Shown here: positions 1 to 8,927 of the stretch, piece by piece
How positions within the stretch are numbered: position 1 is the first letter of the stretch
Layout: each line of letters starts with the position of its first letter
Assembly: GCA_964399175.1 (NCBI GenBank)
Contig: CAYNPZ010000002.1
Location: forward strand, 1 to 51,965
Length of the DNA stretch: 51,965 nucleotides
Direction: 5' to 3'
Origin: an uncultured Bacteroidales bacterium
GTDB lineage: Bacteria; Bacteroidota; Bacteroidia; Bacteroidales; UBA12077
Made by a program: the position numbers and the translations under genes
The notes under the pieces: model-generated
What the model saw: only the letters and a program-made list of their open reading frames with translations
Told to the model about the DNA's origin: nothing
Databases searched by the model: none

Positions 1-82
1 TCCATCAGATAGGAATACTGCATGTAAACCGCCACTGGCCATATGCGTGTCCGTTGGCGGCAATATTTAAAGACAGATACAT

Positions 83-505
83 ATGCAGTTTATTTACATT
101 GATGAAAGCGGTACTGGAGACGAAACCATTGGTGTTATGGCAGGGGTGATTGCAGATTCTTATCGCATGAGATTGACTAAAGAAGATTGGTCTAGTCTTT
201 TGAGAGAGTTGAGTGAGATAGTTGGTAGAGAAGTTGATGAAATTCATACAAGAGAATTTTATTCTGGAAACATTCCTTGGAGAGACTTAAATGGTAATCA
301 AAGATCAGCGATTATTGATGCAATATTTGATTGGTTGCAGGCAAGAAAACATTCTATTGTCTATACAGCTGTGGATAAAGAATCTTTTTACAATAATAAG
401 AGTAATGAGCCTATGTTAAATGATGTAGGAACTGTTTGGCGATTTATGGCTCTTCATATAGCATTTTCAATACAAAAGAAATTTCAACGGTTCACCGAGA
501 GGTAA
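83..505 (+). pseudogene. DUF3800-family protein, apparently decayed (short, in-frame stop, truncated)
   Basis: The N-terminus MQFIYIDESGTGD is the typical DUF3800 start. The ORF is only 140 aa. After the TAA at 503-505 the same frame stays protein-like (VLIFDHEDREQQRYADMILYPP) until it runs into the terminator hairpin at 617-668. Confidence 0.45.
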
Positions 506-616
506 GAAGAGAATAAAAATCAAAAAGGCTCAAGTGTTTTAATATTTGATCATGAAGATAGAGAACAACAGAGATATGCCGATATGATTTTATATCCACC
601 TAAAAGCCCCATTGCC

Positions 617-668
617 AAAAAAATAAGCAGTGGCCTGAAAATTTTCAGGCCACTGCTTATTTTTTTCT
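617..668. terminator. Bidirectional rho-independent terminator (19 bp perfect stem)
   Basis: AATAAGCAGTGGCCTGAAA (622-640) pairs perfectly with TTTCAGGCCACTGCTTATT (643-661). An A-run lies upstream and a T-run downstream. It sits between convergent genes that end at 505 and 683. Confidence 0.8.
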
Positions 669-682
669 GGTATGACAATCTT

Positions 683-2644
683 TTACGGCTCGTAATCGGT
701 GGCAAGCACCTTGAACTCGGTCCGCCGGTTGATCTGGTTTGCTACTTCCTGTTGTTTTTCTGATTCCAGGTTCTTGATGAACTGTTCTGTCAGCAGATCA
801 CCCTGGTCAAAGAATTCATATTCCTCTGCCATTTGTTGATCCACTTCCTTAGGTTTTGAAGCAGCATACCCTTTGGCTCTTAATCTTTCCGGATCAATGC
901 CATGGTCGATAAGATAGTTAACCACTGATTGGGCCCGTTTGGTAGAGAGTTCAATGTTGTAACCGTGGTCTCCCCGATAGTCGGTATGAGCCCTTAGCTC
1001 TATGATAACCCTGGGGTTATCCCTTAATGTTTCCACCAATTGATCCAAAGCTTTTTTGGATTCCGATCTCAGACTCCAGTCGTCATAATCATAGAAAATG
1101 TTGGGTAGCTCAATGGGCTCCTCGATGGATGAAAGCAGCAGCTCAGGCTTGAATGTCTTACTTGATTCAAGTTCTGTGGTAGAAACGTTTCCTTTGTTGG
1201 TCAGGTATTTCTTTTTTGAAGCCACGAAAACGTAATCGGTTTCCGGGCGGAGCATGAATTTGAATTGTCCGTCTTCCCCCGTTTTGGAGCTCATGGTCAT
1301 CCCGTCGCTTCCAACCAGTTTAACCTGGGCATTCTGAATGGGCTCTTCTGTTTTCTTATCTTTCACTACCCCCTGGACGCTGAATTTTAAAGGAGGCAGA
1401 ACAAAAGAAAAGATATCATCATCCCCTTCCCTGGATGAACTAAAATATCCCCTTTCTTTTTCCGCTTCAAAGATGATCCCGAAATCGTCGTGGGTTGAGT
1501 TGATCGGATACCGCATGTTTTCTACATTGTATTCTCCGTTGCTCTGAACGTTGGCTTTAAATATGTCCAGTCCACCCATGCCCAGATGATAATCGGATGA
1601 AAAATACAGTGTTCCGTCAGGATGAATGAAGGGGAACATTTCATTTCCCGGGGTATTGATCTGATCCCCCAGGTTTACCGGGCTGCTCCAGCTATCGCCT
1701 TTTCTGTTTACTTTCCAGATATCCATTTTACCGTGCCCACCCGGCCGATTGGACACGAAATACAGAGTGGAGCCATCATCGGTAATAGCGGGATGGGCGG
1801 CCACCAGGCTGTCGGCAGTCAGGGTGAGCGGCTCGGGATTTTCCCAATCCCCGTTCTCCTTTACAGACCGGAAGATGCTACAGCCCATTTTTTTCTGCTT
1901 ATCCACTTCACATCTCGTAAAATACATGGTGCTGTAGTTTCCTGTAAAAGAGGCGGCACCTTCTTCTACTTCCGTATTTACCTCCCCCCGAATGGGTTCA
2001 GGATCGCTCCACCTTCCCGAAACATCTTTCTGAGAATAAAAAATGTCTGTGAAATGCTCGCCGGTGCCTCCATGGGTCTCCTCCCCGGTGCATTCCTCCC
2101 TTGAAGTGGTAAGATAGATCTCGTTATACTCTGCCTTGGAATAGGTGGGGCAAAAGTCTCTTTCTGTCGAGTTTAGGAATCTTTGTTTCGCTACTTTATA
2201 TCCGTTGGGGTTTTCTTTCCATTTTTTGGCCATTGTACAGGATTTCACTCCTCTTTCGCCCCTGGGGTCATCGGGTTTTAATTTTTGATATTCTTTGTAG
2301 CTTCCGATGGCTTCCTCGAATTTTTCATTGGTCTTTAAGGCATTGGCATGGTAAAGATAAATCAGGGGATTGTCGTACTCTCTTTTAATGGCCTTGCTGT
2401 ACCAGAGTTCTGCTTTCCTGGTTTGGCCCGATTTTCTGTAACATTCGGCTATTTTGAAGGTAATCTCGTCTTTGATGGCACTTCCCTGAATCTTGTCATA
2501 AGCGTCGCGGTAAAGATCAACTGCCTTGTAAAACTGACCAGCCTGATAGGTTTCTTCGGCTTTGTTAAAAAATTTCATTTGGGCATTAGCCCCGGAGAAA
2601 AGGAAAATGCTAAGAAAGAGGGTGATCGTAAATCTCAGTTTCAT
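683..2644 (-). CDS. Outer-membrane protein with signal peptide, TPR repeats, PD40/TolB-like beta-propeller repeats and a C-terminal OmpA domain
   Basis: Signal peptide MKLRFTITLFLSIFLFSGANAQ. TPR-like N-terminus. Repeated motifs of the form NT..NE..P.I..DG..LYF.S.R.GG.G..DI. C-terminal OmpA signature (FDYDDW, AHTDYRGDHGYNIELSTKRAQSV, NRRTEFKV). Confidence 0.85.
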   Translation of the reverse strand: MKLRFTITLFLSIFLFSGANAQMKFFNKAEETYQAGQFYKAVDLYRDAYDKIQGSAIKDEITFKIAECYRKSGQTRKAELWYSKAIKREYDNPLIYLYHANALKTNEKFEEAIGSYKEYQKLKPDDPRGERGVKSCTMAKKWKENPNGYKVAKQRFLNSTERDFCPTYSKAEYNEIYLTTSREECTGEETHGGTGEHFTDIFYSQKDVSGRWSDPEPIRGEVNTEVEEGAASFTGNYSTMYFTRCEVDKQKKMGCSIFRSVKENGDWENPEPLTLTADSLVAAHPAITDDGSTLYFVSNRPGGHGKMDIWKVNRKGDSWSSPVNLGDQINTPGNEMFPFIHPDGTLYFSSDYHLGMGGLDIFKANVQSNGEYNVENMRYPINSTHDDFGIIFEAEKERGYFSSSREGDDDIFSFVLPPLKFSVQGVVKDKKTEEPIQNAQVKLVGSDGMTMSSKTGEDGQFKFMLRPETDYVFVASKKKYLTNKGNVSTTELESSKTFKPELLLSSIEEPIELPNIFYDYDDWSLRSESKKALDQLVETLRDNPRVIIELRAHTDYRGDHGYNIELSTKRAQSVVNYLIDHGIDPERLRAKGYAASKPKEVDQQMAEEYEFFDQGDLLTEQFIKNLESEKQQEVANQINRRTEFKVLATDYEP

Positions 2645-2801
2645 AAATCAATGTTTTGTCTGACCGACATTATTCTAAAAAACATATCTTATATACGTTC
2701 TTTTAAGAATTGTGTTGTCTTTTTACTCTTGAAAATATCAATAAAACTGTATAAAAGTAAAGATTTTTAGCAGAAATAAAAATACTGATAATCAAAATCA
2801 A

Positions 2802-4994
2802 TCAACGGGTAAATAACATTTCACGGTACTTTGGAAACGGCCACATTTCGTCATCCACGATTCTTTCCAGCTTATCGATGTGATTTCTTATGTCACTGAA
2901 ATACGATACCACATTTTCGTGGTAGGCATAAGCCTTTTCTTTTTCGTTTTCAATTTGATTGGCTTTTTTCCGTGCATTGACCATATCCACCACTTTTTCT
3001 CTTATGGTATTGATATGGCGGGCGATCTTTTCCACGGTATCCAGCTGATGATGGGCCATTACCTTGTATTGTTCCTCTGGATAAATTTCCCTGAGCTCTT
3101 TAACGTTCTGCAACATGGTATTCTGGTATTTGATCGCCGTTGGTATGATGTGATTCATGGCCAGGTCTCCCAGCACCCTTGCTTCAATCTGCATGCGTTT
3201 GGTGAAATGTTCCAGCTGGATGCCCTGACGGGCTTCCAGTTCGCGTTCGTTGAGGATGTTGTTGTTTCTGAAAACTTCGATGGTTTTAGGGCTAAGAAAT
3301 GCTTCCAGGGAACCGGGGATGCTTTTGATGTTTGACAGGCCGCGCCTGGCTGCTTCTTCTACCCATTCCTGGCTGTAGCCATCGCCTTCAAAACGGATGT
3401 CCTTCGATTCTGTAATGTATTGTTTCAGAACCCGGAAAATGGCTTCATCCTTTTTGATGTTTTCCGAGGAAACCAGCTTATCCACTTCTTCCCTGAATTT
3501 GTTCAGCTGATCGGCCACAATGGTGTTCAATACAATCATGGGGGAGGCTACATTTGCCGAAGAGCCCACGGCTCGAAACTCAAACCGGTTTCCTGTGAAG
3601 GCGAAAGGGGAGGTTCTGTTTCTGTCGGTATTGTCGAGGAGAATCTCGGGAATCTTACCTATATCCAGCTTGAGCTCACCTTTTTCTTCGGGTGTCATTT
3701 TGGTGCTGTCCACCCTTTGTTCCAGGTCATCAAGCATCTGGCTCAGTTTGGTGCCGATGAATACAGACATTATAGAAGGCGGCGCCTCACTGGCTCCGAG
3801 GCGGTAATCATTGCCCGTGAAGGCTATGCTGGCTCTCAACAGATCGGCATGTTCGTATACTGCTTTAATAGTATTAATGAAGAAAGTGATAAACTGAAAG
3901 TTGTTTTTGGGTGTCTTACCCGGCGAAAGCAGGTTTCTGCCTGTGTCGGTCACTAACGACCAGTTGTTGTGTTTTCCCGAGCCGTTGATGCCGTCAAAAG
4001 GCTTTTCATGGAAGAGAACACGGAATTTGTGCCTTTTGGCGACTCTTTCCATGAGTGACATTAACATCTGGTTATGATCAACAGATAAGTTGGCCTCCTC
4101 AAAACGGGGTGCACACTCAAACTGATTGGGCGCTACTTCATTGTGCCGGGTTTTTATGGGTACTCCCAGTCTGTATGCTTCTATTTCGAAATCATGCATA
4201 AAGTTTTTAACCCGGTCGGTCAGCGAACCGAAGTAGTGATCATTTAACTGCTGGTCCTTTGGTGAGGGATGACCGATCAGGGTTCTGCCGGTAAGATACA
4301 GATCGGGCCTTGCATTATAGAAGGCTTCATCGATCAGGAAATATTCCTGTTCCCATCCCAGGGTGACATTTACCTTACTGATGCTTTTGTCAAAATATTT
4401 GCAAACTTCGGTTGCCGCCTTATCAATATAATTCAGTGATTTAATCAGAGGGGTTTTGTAATCCAGGGCTTCTCCGTTATATGAAACAAAAATGGTTGGA
4501 ATACACAGGGTTCTGCCATAGACAAAAGCTGGTGAAGAGGGATCCCAGGCTGTATAACCCCTGGCTTCAAAGGTATTCCGTAATCCTCCGCTGGGAAAGC
4601 TTGAGGCGTCACTTTCCTGCTGAACCAGCATCTCACCCTGGAAATTTTCAATGATTCCTCCATTGTCGGCAGGTTCAAAAAACGCATCATGTTTTTCAGC
4701 GGTGGTTCCTGTTAATGGATGAAACCAGTGAGTGTAATGGGTTGCTCCGCGATCAATGGCCCAGGCTTTCATACCTGATGCTACCTGATTGGCATACTGC
4801 CTGTCAATTTTTACTCCTTTCTCAATGGCTTCAAGGACGTTATCATAGGCCTCTTCTGAGAAATATTCCTGCATTTTCTTTGTATCAAAAACATTCTCGC
4901 CGAAATAACGGGAGGTTTTCACAGCAGGCAGTTCAACCTGAACGGGTTTGCGTTTTAAAACCTCATCAATTGCTTTAAATCTTATGGTAGACAT
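2802..4994 (-). CDS. glnN: Glutamine synthetase type III (GSIII, about 730 aa)
   Basis: The 730 aa length and the N-terminus (MSTIRFKAIDEVL...YFGENVFD) fit Bacteroides-type GSIII. Internal GS catalytic-domain motifs are present (NEVAPNQFE, NGSGKHNNWS). Confidence 0.93.
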   Translation of the reverse strand: MSTIRFKAIDEVLKRKPVQVELPAVKTSRYFGENVFDTKKMQEYFSEEAYDNVLEAIEKGVKIDRQYANQVASGMKAWAIDRGATHYTHWFHPLTGTTAEKHDAFFEPADNGGIIENFQGEMLVQQESDASSFPSGGLRNTFEARGYTAWDPSSPAFVYGRTLCIPTIFVSYNGEALDYKTPLIKSLNYIDKAATEVCKYFDKSISKVNVTLGWEQEYFLIDEAFYNARPDLYLTGRTLIGHPSPKDQQLNDHYFGSLTDRVKNFMHDFEIEAYRLGVPIKTRHNEVAPNQFECAPRFEEANLSVDHNQMLMSLMERVAKRHKFRVLFHEKPFDGINGSGKHNNWSLVTDTGRNLLSPGKTPKNNFQFITFFINTIKAVYEHADLLRASIAFTGNDYRLGASEAPPSIMSVFIGTKLSQMLDDLEQRVDSTKMTPEEKGELKLDIGKIPEILLDNTDRNRTSPFAFTGNRFEFRAVGSSANVASPMIVLNTIVADQLNKFREEVDKLVSSENIKKDEAIFRVLKQYITESKDIRFEGDGYSQEWVEEAARRGLSNIKSIPGSLEAFLSPKTIEVFRNNNILNERELEARQGIQLEHFTKRMQIEARVLGDLAMNHIIPTAIKYQNTMLQNVKELREIYPEEQYKVMAHHQLDTVEKIARHINTIREKVVDMVNARKKANQIENEKEKAYAYHENVVSYFSDIRNHIDKLERIVDDEMWPFPKYREMLFTR

Positions 4995-5028
4995 AATGGT
5001 AAATTTTTATTGCTTTATAAGTTTAGTG

Positions 5029-5036
5029 CAAATATA
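5029..5036 (-). promoter_or_regulatory. Candidate Bacteroidota -7 promoter box (TATATTTG on minus strand) for glnN
   Basis: CAAATATA on the plus strand equals TAnnTTTG on the minus strand, about 35 nt upstream of the glnN ATG at 4994. Confidence 0.4.
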
Positions 5037-5231
5037 TAAACATTTTAATGCCCCCTCAATTTTATGGGGTTGAAATTGATTTTTGTTTTGATCCTTTTAT
5101 AGCACCCCTGTTGATTCGAGGATGTTTTGAATTCAGGACCTGTAATTCACATTGCCGGCTATTGCATAGAGGGTTTGTTTTATCAAATAGGGAATGAAGA
5201 AACCCTTTAGTAAATATTGCGGTACAAAGAT

Positions 5232-5269
5232 ATTTTGTATAATTTTGCAATACTATGAATAATTATACT
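5232..5269 (+). promoter_or_regulatory. argR promoter/operator region: shared 19-nt motif, -7 box TAATTTTG, and an ARG-box-like TGAATAATTATACT over the start codon
   Basis: ATTTTGTATAATTTTGCAA (5232-5250) recurs at 17/19 identity upstream of the GNAT-argG operon (6020-6038). TAATTTTG at 5240-5247 fits TAnnTTTG. TGAATAATTATACT (5256-5269) resembles the enterobacterial ARG half-site layout TGAAT-N4-ATTCA. Confidence 0.4.
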
Positions 5270-5764
5270 TCAAAAGACAAGATAGAACGTTTACGTTTGG
5301 TAAGAAGTTTGATCCAGGAGAAGAAAATTACTTCTCAGGAGGATCTGCTGGAACATGTAAAAAAACATGGTATCCATACCACGCAGGCTACCCTTTCACG
5401 TGATTTGAAGTATTTGAAAGCCACCAAAAAGTACGATGATACCCTCAAGGGGTACATGTATGTTCTACCTGAAAATCAATCTTCCTCGGGTCAGGAAATC
5501 CGGTTTGCCCTTGATGAATTCATTTCCTTGGATTTCAGCGGCAATATTGCCGTTATAAAAACAAGCAGTGGCTTTGCCAATGCAATAGCCATCTATCTCG
5601 ACCGGATTTATTTTGAAGAAGCGGTGGGAACCTTGGCCGGCGACGACACCATTTTGATCGTTTTGCGGGAGGGAGTGAAGAAAAAGGATTTTGTCAATTC
5701 CCTGCTGGAACACATCCCGGAACTGAAAAATAAAGTGGACATTGACTGGCAGGATTATGAATAA
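5255..5764 (+). CDS. argR: Arginine repressor ArgR
   Basis: N-terminal winged-helix region (RLRLVRSLIQEKKITSQEDLLEHVKKHGIHTTQATLSRDLKYL). C-terminal oligomerisation/arginine-binding domain (GTLAGDDTILIV). It lies next to arg biosynthesis genes. Confidence 0.9.
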   Translation: MNNYTSKDKIERLRLVRSLIQEKKITSQEDLLEHVKKHGIHTTQATLSRDLKYLKATKKYDDTLKGYMYVLPENQSSSGQEIRFALDEFISLDFSGNIAVIKTSSGFANAIAIYLDRIYFEEAVGTLAGDDTILIVLREGVKKKDFVNSLLEHIPELKNKVDIDWQDYE

Positions 5765-6019
5765 TTCGGGCTAAATGTTTCACGAGGTCTGTTAAATGAA
5801 CTTTATGCTTTGGCTTTTGCTGCACCTTCCATTAACAATCTGTTAAAACCGCCTCTGTGCATGCTCGCACTTACATTTGCACTGAAAAACGTTAGAGGGA
5901 AATCTGAAATTTTTGTATAAACTTACAAAATTTATTCAATGGGGTCAATTTAGTTTTATCCTGTATTGGAATATTTTGAATGAAAAACAAATGAAAATAA
6001 TTTGAAAAATTATAAATGA

Positions 6020-6055
6020 ATTTTGTATATTTATGCAAAATTTATATATTTGCAT
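6020..6055 (+). promoter_or_regulatory. Promoter (TTTG -33-like, TATATTTG -7 box) overlapped by putative ArgR operator(s) for the GNAT-argG-argE-argH operon
   Basis: ATTTTGTATATTTATGCAA (6020-6038) matches the argR-upstream motif. A second related box TTTATATATTTGCAT follows at 6041-6055. Palindrome ATGCAAA-N9-TTTGCAT spans 6033-6055. TATATTTG at 6045-6052 lies about 40 nt before the ATG at 6094. Confidence 0.45.
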
Positions 6056-6093
6056 TTTGATTATGTATAATTCATTGTATAAATGGTATTCTT

Positions 6094-6690
6094 ATGAAAG
6101 AAGAGCAAATCACAATTCGTTATAGTGGACCGGAAGATACGGTATATTCACCACAGATCCATCAAATGTACAAGAAAGAAGCAGCAAACGGAGATATAGG
6201 GCTTGCAGTAAGGTCGGTTCCCTACCTGAATGATGTTATTTCAAAGGGTAAAGGGGTGTTTGCCTTTCATGGCGATCAGCTGGCCGGATTCTGCTATATT
6301 GAAGCCTGGGAACATGAGAAATATCTTGCCAATTCAGGGTTGATTGTTCTTCCTGAATTCAGGGGTAAAGGAGTGGCCAAGAAGATCAAATTCGGTGCTT
6401 TTAAGTTATCCCGAAAGATGTTTCCCCACGCCAAGTTATTCGGGCTAACCACCAATTCGGCTGTTATGCGGATCAATGCGGAATTGGGCTATATACCCGT
6501 CACGTTTTCCAAGCTGACCCAGGATCCCCAGTTCTGGAAAGGATGTGAATCGTGTCCGAACTATGATATACTATTGCGCAAAGGGATGAAAAACTGCCTT
6601 TGTACGGCTATGATCTTTGATCCCGAAATACATACGAGTAAATATGAAGAAAAAGAATTCCGGAAAGAAAAAAATAGTGCTGGCCTTTAG
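6094..6690 (+). CDS. GNAT-family N-acyltransferase of the arginine cluster (candidate glutamate N-acyltransferase)
   Basis: GNAT acyl-CoA binding motif (LIVLPEFRGKGVAKKI). It sits between argR and argG, as in Bacteroidota arg clusters. Confidence 0.7.
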   Translation: MKEEQITIRYSGPEDTVYSPQIHQMYKKEAANGDIGLAVRSVPYLNDVISKGKGVFAFHGDQLAGFCYIEAWEHEKYLANSGLIVLPEFRGKGVAKKIKFGAFKLSRKMFPHAKLFGLTTNSAVMRINAELGYIPVTFSKLTQDPQFWKGCESCPNYDILLRKGMKNCLCTAMIFDPEIHTSKYEEKEFRKEKNSAGL

Positions 6691-7870
6691 CGGAGGGCTG
6701 GATACCTGCTTTGTTGCCAAATATCTATCGGATAAGGGATATGAGGTGCACAGTTTATTTTTATATTCAGGCAGGGCAAATGAGGAGGAATTAAATAAAA
6801 TTGACTCTTTGGCCGGTGAAGTTGGGGTGAAATCACATCAGGCAATCGATATATCGGAGGAATATTATCAAAATTGTATCCGGTACCTTGTGGCGGGTAA
6901 TGTATTGAGAAATGGTAATTACCCCTTGTCTGTCAGTTCAGAGCGTTATTTTCAGGCTGCGCGTGTGGCCAGATACGCCGAACAGATCGGTGCATATGCT
7001 GTGGCACACGGAAGCACAGGGGCAGGGAACGATCAGGTAAGATTTGACACTGTAATTTCTGTTTTGGCACCGGATCTGGAAATTTTTGCTCCCGTCAGGG
7101 ACAATAAATTAACACGGGAAGAGGAAATTTCATACCTGAAGGACCATGGCGTTGATATCAACAGGGAGGAGCACAAATACTCACTCAACGAAGGCCTCTG
7201 GGGTACAAGCATCGGTGGCGATGAAACATTGACATCACACCTATCTTTAAAGGATTCCTCATACCATGACCCCAATCATAAGGAGAACCGTGAGCTGGTC
7301 CTTTCTTTTGAACAGGGAGAATGTACAGGCATCAATCAGAGCAAATTCAGTGATCCGATAGAAACAATAGAGGCTTTGAACCAGATTGGCAAAGAATATG
7401 GAGTGGGAATGGATTATCATACAGGCGATACCATAATCGGTGAAAAGGGCCGGATAGCTTTTCAGGCACCGGCTGCCCTGATGATCATTAAAGGCCATCA
7501 TCTCCTGGAAAAACACACCCTTACCAAACATCAGCTTCAGTGGAAAAATCATATTGCAGACTGGTACGGTAGCATGTTGCATGAGGGTTTGTATATGGAA
7601 CCTGCCATGCGGGATGCGGAAAAATTTTTGGAGAGTTCTCAGCAATATGTTACAGGAGAGGTGTATATAAAGCTTCGGGAAAAGGATTTCAAGCTCCTGG
7701 GCATCAAATCTCCTTATGATCTGATGGAGGCCTCCAATAACCAGTATGGTGAAAAGTACACAGGCTGGGATGCTGAAGATGTTAAAGGATTCATAAAGAT
7801 ATATTCCAATTCGCTCAAGAATTACTATGGATTGCACCGGGATCTGATCAATTATGAATATACACAGTAA
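6644..7870 (+). CDS. argG: Argininosuccinate synthase
   Basis: PP-loop motif AFSGGLDT directly after MKKKNSGKKKIVL. The ATG at 6644 is preferred over the track start 6617. It overlaps the GNAT gene by 47 nt. Confidence 0.9.
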   Translation: MKKKNSGKKKIVLAFSGGLDTCFVAKYLSDKGYEVHSLFLYSGRANEEELNKIDSLAGEVGVKSHQAIDISEEYYQNCIRYLVAGNVLRNGNYPLSVSSERYFQAARVARYAEQIGAYAVAHGSTGAGNDQVRFDTVISVLAPDLEIFAPVRDNKLTREEEISYLKDHGVDINREEHKYSLNEGLWGTSIGGDETLTSHLSLKDSSYHDPNHKENRELVLSFEQGECTGINQSKFSDPIETIEALNQIGKEYGVGMDYHTGDTIIGEKGRIAFQAPAALMIIKGHHLLEKHTLTKHQLQWKNHIADWYGSMLHEGLYMEPAMRDAEKFLESSQQYVTGEVYIKLREKDFKLLGIKSPYDLMEASNNQYGEKYTGWDAEDVKGFIKIYSNSLKNYYGLHRDLINYEYTQ

Positions 7871-8927
7871 ATTACATAAGGTCGACACCGCGGGATTGCT
7901 GAAATCAATGGTGAGCATTCCTTCATATAGCGGGGATGAAGGGGAGGCTGCGAATTATCTTGAAGGTCATATGAAAGAACTGGGACTGGCGCCTCATCGC
8001 AAAAAGAATAATTTGTGGGCCTTTCCGGCGAATTTTAAGGAAGGGCAACCCAATGTTTTGCTCAATGCGCACCTGGATACGGTGAGACCTTCAGAAGCCT
8101 GGAGTATGGATCCCCATCATCCCGTTGAAAAGAGAGGAAAGATCTATGGACTGGGAACCAATGACGACGGAGCCTCGTTGGTATGTTTGCTGAATACGTT
8201 CATGCATTTTTATGAGAAGGAGCTCCCTGTAAATATCATCTTTTCAGCTACTGCAGAAGAAGAAACAGGAGGAAAGGACGGTATTCAGTCCATGGTGCAA
8301 GAATTGCCGGAAATCTCCCTGGGCATTATGGGAGAACCCACACAGATGCAAATGGCCACAGGAGAGCGGGGATTGCTTGTTATAAACGGAAAAGTAAAGG
8401 GAACAACAAAACATGCTGCCCTCGAAAATAACGACAATGCCATTATAAATGCCATGGAGGTGTTGAATAAACTTCAGAAATTATCGTTTGAAAAAACTTC
8501 TGATATTCTCAGTGATGTGAAGGTGACCGTTTCGGAAATCTATGCAGGAATACAACATAATGTTACACCTGCTGAGTGCAGTTTCGTGCTTGATATTAGG
8601 ATGAATGAGCAATATACGCCGCAGGAAATTTTAAATATACTGGAAGAAGAACTGGGTTGTACCCTTGAAGCCCGGTCGCTGGATAAAAAGGCCTCGGGAA
8701 TTGCTCTGGGCCATCCAATCGTTGAAAGTGCCAGAGCATTAAATCTAAAGTTATACGGATCTTCAACATTATCCAATATGGCTTATGTTTCGTTCCCCTC
8801 CGTGAAAATCGGACCTGGTGATTCAGCACGGTCTCACAGGCCGGATGAATTTATCTGCCGGACAGAATTGGATACGGGAAAATTGTATTATAAAAGATTA
8901 ATGAATCAATATATATCGCTGTTATGA
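7854..8927 (+). CDS. argE: M20-family deacylase (ArgE/DapE-like; acetyl- or succinyl-ornithine deacylase)
   Basis: M20 motifs are present (LNAHLDTV, GTNDDGAS, ATAEEETGG). It lies between argG and argH with overlapping boundaries of 17 nt and 4 nt. Confidence 0.75.
   Translation: MNIHSKLHKVDTAGLLKSMVSIPSYSGDEGEAANYLEGHMKELGLAPHRKKNNLWAFPANFKEGQPNVLLNAHLDTVRPSEAWSMDPHHPVEKRGKIYGLGTNDDGASLVCLLNTFMHFYEKELPVNIIFSATAEEETGGKDGIQSMVQELPEISLGIMGEPTQMQMATGERGLLVINGKVKGTTKHAALENNDNAIINAMEVLNKLQKLSFEKTSDILSDVKVTVSEIYAGIQHNVTPAECSFVLDIRMNEQYTPQEILNILEEELGCTLEARSLDKKASGIALGHPIVESARALNLKLYGSSTLSNMAYVSFPSVKIGPGDSARSHRPDEFICRTELDTGKLYYKRLMNQYISLL

Noticed and set aside
5-247. 80 aa minus-strand ORF at the window start
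   Set aside because: It overlaps the DUF3800-type ORF on the opposite strand and has no features.
7259-7918. 219 aa ORF antisense to argG
   Set aside because: It lies opposite a confidently identified gene and has no recognisable motif, so it is treated as a shadow ORF.
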